A DNA stretch of 64,000 nt from an uncultured Oscillospiraceae bacterium (GTDB taxonomy: Bacteria > Bacillota > Clostridia > Oscillospirales > Oscillospiraceae). Location of the stretch: the NCBI GenBank assembly GCA_964446815.1, contig CAYUQN010000002.1, forward strand, positions 5,463 to 69,462, written 5' to 3'. Of the stretch, positions 1 to 7,844 are shown in pieces (position 1 is the first letter of the stretch; each line of letters begins with the position of its first letter). The translations under genes and the position numbers were made by a program. The notes beneath the pieces were generated by a model. It had not been told where the DNA came from, searched no databases, and was given only the letters and a program-made list of their open reading frames with translations.

Positions 1-3000
1 GCGAATCTCTTGACTCAGTTACCAATCCGTTGATTGAACTGCACAGCGTTGTCGATGCAGATTCCAGTCAGATTGAAGCCATTGAAATGGCAAAATCGGG
101 AAAGAGCTTTGTCCTGCAGGGTCCTCCCGGAACGGGAAAAAGCCAGACAATTACCAATATGATTGCAGAATGCCTCAGTGACGGAAAAAAGGTTCTGTTT
201 GTTTCCGAAAAACTGGCAGCACTAAATGTTGTCTATGATAAGCTGAAACAAGCAGGGCTTGCTGAGTTCTGCCTACAGCTTCATAGTCATAAGGCAAATA
301 AGAAGGATGTCATTGCCGATATTTGCCATACCTTGCGGGCAGGAAAAAGTACGGTTTCCTCTAAGGCGGATACGGAAATTGCCATAAAGGAAAAAGCACA
401 GCATCAGTTGGATGCTTATGCCATCGGGCTTCACAAGCAGCGTCCTGTCATTGAAAAAAGTCTGTATCAGTTGTATGAGTCTTATGCTGCGTTTCGCTCT
501 ACACCGGATGTTGAGTATTCTATCCCTCAACTTTCTTCCAAGGGTGAATCCTATTTGACAGAAACGGTTTCTCTTTTGGAGCAGTATGTGGATTACATTC
601 CCTCCGTTGGATATGATTATAGAAAAAATCCGTGGTACGGCTATATCAATCAAGATACATCATATCAAGCAAAAAGCGAGGTAAAGGGGAATCTTTCTGC
701 TGTCTCACAATTCTTGCAGGCGTTGATTCCTCTGCAGCGTGAAATTTCTGATAAATATGGAATACAATGTGCCAGCATCAATGATGCACATAGTTGGAAT
801 GCCTTTTTCAGCTTTGCGGCAACGTCCAAGCTGATTACACCGTCACTTTTGAATCGTGAGCATTTTGATGCGGTAAATTCTGCACTGCGCAAATTACAAA
901 TGCAAAGCGCAGATATTCTTGCTACTCGCACTGTATTGAACGCAGTATTTGATGACGATGTATATAAACTGGATGGTGCAGAGTATCACAAGAAGCTGAC
1001 AAAGCAGTTTGGAGGAGCTTTTTCCAGACTTTTCAATGCTGAGTACAAACAGCTTGTTACCAATCTTCGCTTGTGCAAGAAGGACGGGAAAAAGCCATCC
1101 TATAGCGAAGCTGTTGCGATGACGGAACGGCTTGCTTATTATCAGCAAAGAGACGCAGAGTTCGCTCAGGCGGAATTGCCAATCAAAGCATTTCTTGGTG
1201 AGGCATATAAGGGTGTTGAAACCGAATGGGAGTATGTGACGTCACAAATGGCGGCATTGGAGCAGATATTCTCCGCCGATATTGCTTTTGGGGCCCTGGG
1301 GCACTACACCGATTTTGAATCTGAGAGAGATACTTTCGCTGACTATCACCAAAAAATCGAAACGGCATTTGCCATCTGCAATGACAATACACTCAAGCAG
1401 ACAGCCGGTTACTTTGACCAGGCGATTTTAGACATTTACGCTGTGCCGTGCATTTTGACATCGACAAGATTGACGAGTTGCTTGGATGAAACGGACAAGC
1501 TGGATAACTGGTGTCATTTTAGAAATCTTCTGTCTAAGTTGGACGACCGGCAGGCTGTCCCTTATGTAAATGCGGCTATCGGTCAAAATATAGAACCGAA
1601 GCATATTGTGGGGGCATTCAAAAAGCAATTCTACTATCAATGGATCGATTCAATCCTGTCCGGAAACCCCGTTTTGGCTGTATTCAATCGAATTTCTCAA
1701 GATAAAGCAATCCGAATTTTCTCTGAGAAAGATACGGAGCAGTTTGAGATCAATAAGGCAAAAATCCGTGCAGAGCTTTCCTCTATGCGCCCGTCTCTTG
1801 ATATGATCGCATCCGGAAGCGCATTGTCGATTCTGCTTCGTGAAGGCGAGAAAAAGCGCAAGCAAAAAAGCATCCGTTCCCTGCTTGCGGAAACGGGGGA
1901 ACTGGTTCAGCGGATCAAGCCGTGCTTTTTGATGTCTCCGTTGAGCGTCAGTACTTTCCTTGCACCGGACTCCGTTCATTTCGATGTAGTAGTATTCGAC
2001 GAAGCGTCACAGATTTTCCCGCAGGACGCTGTCGGTGCAATCTATCGAGCAAATCAGCTGATCGTTGTGGGTGACTCAAAACAAATGCCGCCCAGCAATT
2101 TCTTCAATGCTACGATTGAAGCCGAGGACAACGATGAAGAAACCGGGGATGTAACAGACTTTGAATCTATCTTGGACCTGTGTTCGACATCTATGCAGCA
2201 GCTTCGGCTGCGTTGGCATTACCGCAGCCGTTATGAACAGCTGATTACTTTTTCCAACAAAAACTTCTACGACAACGATCTTGTGACATTCCCATCCTCT
2301 AAAGCAGATGCGCCGGGAATTGGTGTGGACTATTACTATGTAGACGGTGTTTTTGACCGCAAAGCGCATACCAATCGAAAGGAAGCAGAGTTCATTGTTG
2401 AGCTGATTTATCAGAATATCGAGAAGTATCCGAGCCGCAGTCTTGGCGTGGTTGCATTCAGCGTTGCTCAACAAGATTTGATTGACAAGCTGCTTTCTAA
2501 GCGGCGGCAGAGCACACCGGAAAAAGAGTTTTTCTTCAAGAATGACGGAAACGAGCCGTTCTTTATCAAAAACCTTGAAACAGTACAGGGTGACGAGAGA
2601 GATACGATCATTTTCAGCATTGCCTATGGCATTGATGCACAAGGACGCCTGCTGCACAACTTCGGACCGTTGAACCGTGTCGGCGGTGAGCGAAGATTGA
2701 ATGTCGCAGTAACTCGTGCAAAATGCAATGTGCAGCTAGTTTCCTCTATGCACTATACAGACATTGATTTAAAGCATACGTCTGCGGAGGGTGCAAAGCT
2801 GCTTCGTGAATATCTTGATTATGCAGAAAATGGTAGCATCGCACTGGAGCGGGCAATCTCTGTCAGTCCGTTTGAGCAATTTGATTCCGATTTTGAACTT
2901 GAGGTGTGCGAATTCTTAAGGTCCAAAGGCTTTTCGGTGGATACACAGGTTGGATGCTCCGGTTTCAGAATTGATCTCGGATTGAAGCTGCCAGATAGTT

Positions 3001-3791
3001 CTGATTATGTACTTGCGATTGAGTGCGATGGCGCAACCTATCATTCCTCTAAAAATGCACGTGACCGTGATCGCTTGAGGCAGGAAATTCTGGAACGCAT
3101 GGGCTGGAAGTTTTATCGGATCTGGTCTACAGATTGGTTCAGAAACAAATCGGTAGAGCAAATTCGTCTTTTGGAGGCAGCTGCGGATGCGGTTAAGAAT
3201 CCTACAGGAGCAGAAGTAAAACCGATAGATAATCAGCCAACAGAAACATTTGAGGAGATCGCTGTTGAAAAGCACTTTGAATTTCCTGCATATAAAGCAG
3301 CAGACATCCACAAGCTGAGCAGCCAATATCTTCCTCGTGATTTTAAAGGAATGATAAAAGCTATTTTGGAAATTGAAACACCTCTTTCAGAAGATTTGCT
3401 TTTAAAGCGCATTGTTTGGTGCTTTGGGCGCGAAAAGGTCACGAACGTTGTGCAGCGTGACTACGAGCAACAGATGTATGGATGCCAGCGTTACGGTATT
3501 ATTCGCAGAAACGGCTTTTTGTATCTGGATACCGGAAAAGAGATTCAGTTCAGAGGTCCGGGCGATATTGAGCGTGACATCAAACAGATTGCCCCGGAAG
3601 AATTAGCAGCCGGAATGTTTGAAATTTTGAAACAGAATGTGACGGCTGATAAGAATGGGCTGTATCGTTCTTTAGCGGCACAATGCGGCGTGACACGAGT
3701 TGGAAAAGCAATCAATGAAGCGATGGATACTGCATTGGATGCATTAAAGGATTGCGTCATTGTTGACGGTGATCAGGTATCTCTGAAGTGA
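1..3791 (+). CDS. SF1 (Upf1/DNA2-like) helicase fused to a Vsr/DUF559-like endonuclease fold and a DUF3320-like C-terminus; 5'-partial at the window edge
   Basis: The reading frame is open to nt 3 with no upstream stop. Motifs: Walker A GPPGTGKSQTI, motif II VVVFDEASQI, and AAA_12-type motifs LRWHYRSRYEQLI, VQGDERDTIIFS and RRLNVAVTRAK. These are followed by FRIDLGL..AIECDGATYHSS..RDRDRLRQEILERMGWKFYRIWSTDW (Vsr/DUF559-like) and a ~230-aa tail resembling DUF3320. Confidence 0.85.
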   Translation, partial: ESLDSVTNPLIELHSVVDADSSQIEAIEMAKSGKSFVLQGPPGTGKSQTITNMIAECLSDGKKVLFVSEKLAALNVVYDKLKQAGLAEFCLQLHSHKANKKDVIADICHTLRAGKSTVSSKADTEIAIKEKAQHQLDAYAIGLHKQRPVIEKSLYQLYESYAAFRSTPDVEYSIPQLSSKGESYLTETVSLLEQYVDYIPSVGYDYRKNPWYGYINQDTSYQAKSEVKGNLSAVSQFLQALIPLQREISDKYGIQCASINDAHSWNAFFSFAATSKLITPSLLNREHFDAVNSALRKLQMQSADILATRTVLNAVFDDDVYKLDGAEYHKKLTKQFGGAFSRLFNAEYKQLVTNLRLCKKDGKKPSYSEAVAMTERLAYYQQRDAEFAQAELPIKAFLGEAYKGVETEWEYVTSQMAALEQIFSADIAFGALGHYTDFESERDTFADYHQKIETAFAICNDNTLKQTAGYFDQAILDIYAVPCILTSTRLTSCLDETDKLDNWCHFRNLLSKLDDRQAVPYVNAAIGQNIEPKHIVGAFKKQFYYQWIDSILSGNPVLAVFNRISQDKAIRIFSEKDTEQFEINKAKIRAELSSMRPSLDMIASGSALSILLREGEKKRKQKSIRSLLAETGELVQRIKPCFLMSPLSVSTFLAPDSVHFDVVVFDEASQIFPQDAVGAIYRANQLIVVGDSKQMPPSNFFNATIEAEDNDEETGDVTDFESILDLCSTSMQQLRLRWHYRSRYEQLITFSNKNFYDNDLVTFPSSKADAPGIGVDYYYVDGVFDRKAHTNRKEAEFIVELIYQNIEKYPSRSLGVVAFSVAQQDLIDKLLSKRRQSTPEKEFFFKNDGNEPFFIKNLETVQGDERDTIIFSIAYGIDAQGRLLHNFGPLNRVGGERRLNVAVTRAKCNVQLVSSMHYTDIDLKHTSAEGAKLLREYLDYAENGSIALERAISVSPFEQFDSDFELEVCEFLRSKGFSVDTQVGCSGFRIDLGLKLPDSSDYVLAIECDGATYHSSKNARDRDRLRQEILERMGWKFYRIWSTDWFRNKSVEQIRLLEAAADAVKNPTGAEVKPIDNQPTETFEEIAVEKHFEFPAYKAADIHKLSSQYLPRDFKGMIKAILEIETPLSEDLLLKRIVWCFGREKVTNVVQRDYEQQMYGCQRYGIIRRNGFLYLDTGKEIQFRGPGDIERDIKQIAPEELAAGMFEILKQNVTADKNGLYRSLAAQCGVTRVGKAINEAMDTALDALKDCVIVDGDQVSLK

Positions 3792-3986
3792 TTTTAGAAT
3801 GAGGCATAGCATCGGGTAAGCAGGTCTTAGGGTGTCCCTAACGAGGCCTTTTGCGCAGCTCGGCAGAACGGAGTAAAAAGGCACTGCTCGCTCAGATGGC
3901 ACAGACATCGGGCGACGCACTGTTTGGCTCTGGAGGAGTACAAACAGTCTGCTCGTTAAGATAATGCAGACGATTTCAGAGCAACG

Positions 3987-4037
3987 AAAAAGAGGCGCAG
4001 CAGGTGCTTACTTGTACCTGACTGCGCCTCTGATTTT
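3987..4037. terminator. Bidirectional rho-independent terminator between the convergent helicase and tnpV-like genes
   Basis: The 10-bp stem AGAGGCGCAG/CTGCGCCTCT is flanked by an A-run on one side and a T-run on the other. Confidence 0.6.
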
Positions 4038-4056
4038 CATCAAATTTTGTTGCTGC

Positions 4057-4440
4057 TCACACGAAAATGACCTCTGCGTTTACGATTTCCGTGGCTCGAT
4101 TGCGGATGCTGTTGCTCCGCCTGACCCATTCCATCAGGTCACTTGCTTTGAGCTTTTCGGTCAAGTTTTCTCTTTCGGACAGTTCCTTCACAAGCGTATC
4201 AAACATCACCTGTGCCAGGAATTCCACCTCAGCAAGATAATCGTTCAGTGTACCGGCGGTCAACAGATTGTAGTATCTCACCCGGTGGTGCTCCTTCAGA
4301 TATCGTCGGTGCCGTTGCCCCCAAATGCCGATTTGCACATCTTCTTGGTTGCTGATTTTGAGATCAGGCAGAAAATAATCGCCCGCCTGTCGATATGTGC
4401 CGCCCAGTTTTTCAAACTCCGTCATTGTGTTTCCCTCCAT
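4057..4440 (-). CDS. tnpV: TnpV-like transposon-associated protein
   Basis: This 127-aa protein has the pattern typical of Clostridial TnpV proteins (Tn4451 family): G.WGQRHRRYLKEHHRVRYYNLLTAGTLNDYLAEV ... LKASDLMEWVRRSNSIRNRATEIV. Confidence 0.7.
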   Translation of the reverse strand: MEGNTMTEFEKLGGTYRQAGDYFLPDLKISNQEDVQIGIWGQRHRRYLKEHHRVRYYNLLTAGTLNDYLAEVEFLAQVMFDTLVKELSERENLTEKLKASDLMEWVRRSNSIRNRATEIVNAEVIFV

Positions 4441-4644
4441 TCATCCTGTGTATATGATCTTGAACTTTTTGTGCTTTGCACCGATGATTTTCAGCAGCAC
4501 TTCGTCAACAGTGTCGGTATATCTGCCCTCTGTGATGAGCCTGCTGCGCAGATCATTCAGACTCCCAATAAGAATCCGCCGCTCTGCATCATCAAGTGCA
4601 AGATGATATTTCTGTTTCACATTCTGCCCTCCTTGTGCTATCAT
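4441..4644 (-). CDS. Small conserved protein commonly paired with TnpV on Clostridial integrative elements
   Basis: This 67-aa ORF ends immediately before the tnpV start, so the two are adjacent with no gap. The YHLALDDAERRILIGSLNDLRSRLITEGRYTDTVDEVLLKI pattern resembles small proteins next to TnpV. No function is assigned. Confidence 0.5.
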   Translation of the reverse strand: MIAQGGQNVKQKYHLALDDAERRILIGSLNDLRSRLITEGRYTDTVDEVLLKIIGAKHKKFKIIYTG

Positions 4645-4781
4645 TGTAACGGATAGGGCAGTAAAAATCGAATGTGCGGATAAAATTCTAAAGAAGCTGT
4701 TCGTGTGCGAGATGAAATATGTGTGTTTCTGCCGGTTAATTCATTGTTTTATGAAATCCGTTATCAGCACTCGCACCATGA

Positions 4782-4814
4782 AAAAAGCACTGACTTACGT
4801 CAGTGCTTTTTTCA
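4782..4814. repeat. Terminator-like hairpin, copy A of a 33-nt direct repeat (copy B at 17338-17370)
   Basis: The sequence aaaaagcactgacttacgtcagtgcttttttca has the stem AGCACTGAC/GTCAGTGCT. It is identical to copy B except for one loop base. Confidence 0.8.
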
Positions 4815-4887
4815 ATGATATCCGCTTCTGTCGGAACGGGTGAAATATCCTCGACATCATATCGCACAAGCGATATATCATTTAACA

Positions 4888-4916
4888 TTGAACTCCGTTG
4901 TTGTCTATGCTACAAT
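4888..4916 (+). promoter_or_regulatory. Candidate sigma-70-type promoter for the 4957 gene
   Basis: TTGAAC, 17-nt spacer, TACAAT, about 40 nt upstream of the ATG. Confidence 0.35.
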
Positions 4917-4956
4917 ATATTTAGACTAATATCCCTGCAAGAAAGGAGAGCCGATA

Positions 4957-5373
4957 ATGTCAAACGAAGAACTGACCTTTTATCCCAAGCATCCCTCGGG
5001 GCTCAAGACCCTGAGGATAGAGACTGCCGCAATGCCTACACTGTATCAGGACTCCCCCTTTTCCGTCAAAGCCTTGCACGATGAGTTTACGGCGGATGCC
5101 GATGCCTTTTTGGCAAGGTATACGGACAAGCGTTTTGAAGTCAAGGGTATCGCAAAGAAGATAGGGCCGGATGTCCACAACAAGCCCTCGATAGAGATAT
5201 CCGACAGCGTAGACGGTCAGACCTACGCACTGACCATCTTCCCCACCGATGAGCACTACGGCAGGGTTTCCGTTGGCGATATCGTGACTGTGCGCGCAAA
5301 CTACCTTGTGATGAGCAATCTGTTCGGAACCGTAATGAAATTCAGTGAGCTCGTCCTTGTCGAAAAAGCATAA
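4957..5373 (+). CDS. Hypothetical protein, possibly an OB-fold (tRNA_anti-like) domain
   Basis: The ORF has an AAGGAGAG Shine-Dalgarno sequence 6 nt upstream and codon usage like its neighbours. The domain call is a weak recollection of the family pattern (RFEVKG.....TI.P.. V.V.A). Confidence 0.5.
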   Translation: MSNEELTFYPKHPSGLKTLRIETAAMPTLYQDSPFSVKALHDEFTADADAFLARYTDKRFEVKGIAKKIGPDVHNKPSIEISDSVDGQTYALTIFPTDEHYGRVSVGDIVTVRANYLVMSNLFGTVMKFSELVLVEKA

Positions 5374-5388
5374 CGAGGAGGTAATATT

Positions 5389-6339
5389 ATGATCGAACTG
5401 AACCGTCTCGGACTCGGGACAATGGGAATGTCCCTTGCACGGAATCCGGAAAACTCCGTAAAAACAATACACGCCGCTTTGGATTCCGGTATCACGCTTT
5501 TTAACACAGGCGAATTCTACAATGCCGGAGAGAGCGAGCTTATCGTTGGCAAGGCTATGAAGGGCGTTGACCGTGACAAATACTTTTTATCCCTCAAATT
5601 CGGCGTTCTGCCTTCACCCGAAGGCGGAATATACGGTCTTGACGTGAAGCCCCGTAATGTCAAGGGACATTTGGCATACTCACTCCGCCGCCTCGGTCTT
5701 GAGTATGTTGACATATACCAGCCTGCGAGAATGGATACGACCATTCCCGTGGAGGATATAGTCGGTGCAATAGCAGAGCAGGTCGAGGCAGGCTACGTCA
5801 AGCATATAGGACTTAGCATGGTGGATGCCGAAACTCTGCGTCGTGCCTGCAAGGTTCACCCGATCCACACCGTTGAGCTGGAATATTCCTTGGTGCAGCG
5901 TGATATTGAGAGGGAGCTTATCGCCACGGCAAAGGAGCTGGGCGTAAAGGTGCTTGCCTTCGGCACCGTTGGGCACGGACTGCTCCGTGACGATATTCTG
6001 ACGGCTCCGGTGAGCTCCGGCAGAGCTTGGGGGATGCTTGCCCCCGATTACCGTGAGAACAATCTTGCGATGATACGCAAGGTCAAGGCTATCGCAGACG
6101 AAAAGGGCATTTCCCTTTCTCAGCTTGCACTTATCTGGAGCCTTTCGAAGTACGACCATATACAAAGCCTCATCGGTACCGCAAATCCGGAGCATTTGCA
6201 AGCCGCGATCGATGCTCTTAATGTCGAACTCACCGCAGAGGATATAGACCGCATCGAAGCGGCTATCCCTTCGGAAAAGATACTCGGTCTCGGAATGCGA
6301 AACTTCGTCTTCACCGACGGCGTAATGTCTCCTGCATGA
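5389..6339 (+). CDS. Aldo/keto reductase family oxidoreductase
   Basis: This 316-aa protein has the typical AKR N-terminus LGLGTMGMS, plus ..FNTGEFYNAGESE.. and ..DIYQPARMD.. motifs. A GAGGAGG Shine-Dalgarno sequence lies upstream. Confidence 0.85.
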   Translation: MIELNRLGLGTMGMSLARNPENSVKTIHAALDSGITLFNTGEFYNAGESELIVGKAMKGVDRDKYFLSLKFGVLPSPEGGIYGLDVKPRNVKGHLAYSLRRLGLEYVDIYQPARMDTTIPVEDIVGAIAEQVEAGYVKHIGLSMVDAETLRRACKVHPIHTVELEYSLVQRDIERELIATAKELGVKVLAFGTVGHGLLRDDILTAPVSSGRAWGMLAPDYRENNLAMIRKVKAIADEKGISLSQLALIWSLSKYDHIQSLIGTANPEHLQAAIDALNVELTAEDIDRIEAAIPSEKILGLGMRNFVFTDGVMSPA

Positions 6340-6362
6340 TCAAAATTATTCTTTCACACAGT

Positions 6363-6398
6363 ACAAGAAGCTCCTTGCCACGGCAAGGAGCTTCTTGT
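6363..6398. terminator. Bidirectional terminator between the AKR gene and the minus-strand operon
   Basis: A perfect 17-bp stem, ACAAGAAGCTCCTTGCC/GGCAAGGAGCTTCTTGT. Confidence 0.6.
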
Positions 6399-6414
6399 AT
6401 CTTGTGCCACTATA

Positions 6415-7827
6415 TCACTCTTCACAGAGTTTTTTGAGGCTTTCCTCTTTTTTGAGCTGGAGCTCTGCGATCTTCTGTTTGCCGAGGGGGTACATGAATC
6501 GCAGGACGAGGAAAATGAGGATATACAGTATTGCGGGGATGAGCACGGAATCGGAGTACATACTGCCGAGGGTGTCGGCGGTTATCTTATCCGCATTCAG
6601 AACGTTGTCGGTATAGCCGATACGGAGCAGTGCAACGTTTACAAGTATAGCGGCGACGGTCTGACCGAGCTTGCGCATGAAAGTGAAGAAGGCGTAGCTT
6701 GTTGCTTCATCGTGGATGCCGTAGGTGATCTCGTTATAGTCGATTGCATCGGTTGCGATAGCCCAGACAAGGAGGAAGATGAAGGCATTGCCTATGCCCG
6801 ACAGCAGGCATACCGCAAGATAGACCCAGACATTTGAAGTGCCGGTGACGTAGAGGATGAGATTGCAGACACCTGCAAAGAGCATGCCGTATGCACAGAC
6901 CTCTCTGCGACCGAACTTTGTTCCCATCTTACCGGCAAAGAGCATTATGACCGCAACGGGGAGGTACTGACAGGCAGTGGGGAGCATGGACAGACCGGGA
7001 GCGTTGAAGTAGTAATTGAACAGATAGGGGTAGTAGCTCTGGCTGAACATCTGAGCCGCAAGGAAGAGCATACCGACGATGCACACCGCCATATAGGGAC
7101 GGCTCTTTAAGAGGGTCTTGATCATTTTGACGGTCTGACCCTTTTGACGAACGGCAGGCTTAGTCTGAACTCTTTCCTTTGTCCAGCGATAGCTCAAAAG
7201 GAAGAGCACAACGGAAAGAACGGCAATGATTATTACGCCGATGAGTATCTTCTGATACGACATAACGGAAGTGCCGTCAGCCTGCTTGGTGTAGCAGAAG
7301 CTTATGAGCAGCATGGCGGGGATTGCACCGAGGGTAGAGCCGATGGAGCGGAACACAGACAGTGAGGAACGTTCCTTTTCATCGGAGGTTATGACCTGAG
7401 CAAGTGAGCCGTAGGGTATGTTTATCGCAGTGTACATCATGCCGAACAGAATGTAGGTCACATATGCATAGATGAGATACTGAGAGTCCGTAAGTCCGGG
7501 GATCTTTACGAACATGAGGACAGCGGACAGTGCAACGGGGACCGCAAGTATCTTCAGCCAACGGCGGTATCTTCCGCCCTCGGTGTTCTTCATGCCGTCG
7601 ACTATGCGTCCCCAGATGGGGTCATTGATGGCATCCCAAACACGGGCTATGATGAACATTATCATGATGCTGACGATACCGATACCGAGAACGTCGGTGT
7701 AGTACTTTTGCAGTACGCTCTGCACCAGACCGAATACCAGCAGGGAGGCTGCGTCACCCATGGCATAGCCGATCTTGTCACGGGTACCTATACCGCTGGT
7801 TTTGGCGATGTAAGTTTTGTTTTCCAT
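6415..7827 (-). CDS. Glycoside-pentoside-hexuronide (GPH):cation symporter family MFS transporter
   Basis: This 470-aa polytopic protein carries the GPH signature region GYAMGD...ARVWDAINDPIWGRIVD, like MelB, YicJ and YihO. Confidence 0.85.
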   Translation of the reverse strand: MENKTYIAKTSGIGTRDKIGYAMGDAASLLVFGLVQSVLQKYYTDVLGIGIVSIMIMFIIARVWDAINDPIWGRIVDGMKNTEGGRYRRWLKILAVPVALSAVLMFVKIPGLTDSQYLIYAYVTYILFGMMYTAINIPYGSLAQVITSDEKERSSLSVFRSIGSTLGAIPAMLLISFCYTKQADGTSVMSYQKILIGVIIIAVLSVVLFLLSYRWTKERVQTKPAVRQKGQTVKMIKTLLKSRPYMAVCIVGMLFLAAQMFSQSYYPYLFNYYFNAPGLSMLPTACQYLPVAVIMLFAGKMGTKFGRREVCAYGMLFAGVCNLILYVTGTSNVWVYLAVCLLSGIGNAFIFLLVWAIATDAIDYNEITYGIHDEATSYAFFTFMRKLGQTVAAILVNVALLRIGYTDNVLNADKITADTLGSMYSDSVLIPAILYILIFLVLRFMYPLGKQKIAELQLKKEESLKKLCEE

Positions 7828-7844
7828 TATTTCACCTCTGTATT

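Noticed and set aside
4743-4895. 50-aa minus-strand ORF (MLNDISLVRYDVEDIS...) crossing repeat copy A
   Set aside because: It has no Shine-Dalgarno sequence, it reads straight through a terminator hairpin, and it lies in the compositional transition zone. At most it is a gene remnant.
4960-5472. 170-aa minus-strand ORF and 93-aa plus-strand ORF (4803-5084) overlapping the 4957-5373 gene
   Set aside because: The plus-strand 138-aa frame has the Shine-Dalgarno sequence, the promoter and neighbour-like codon usage. The alternatives have none of these.
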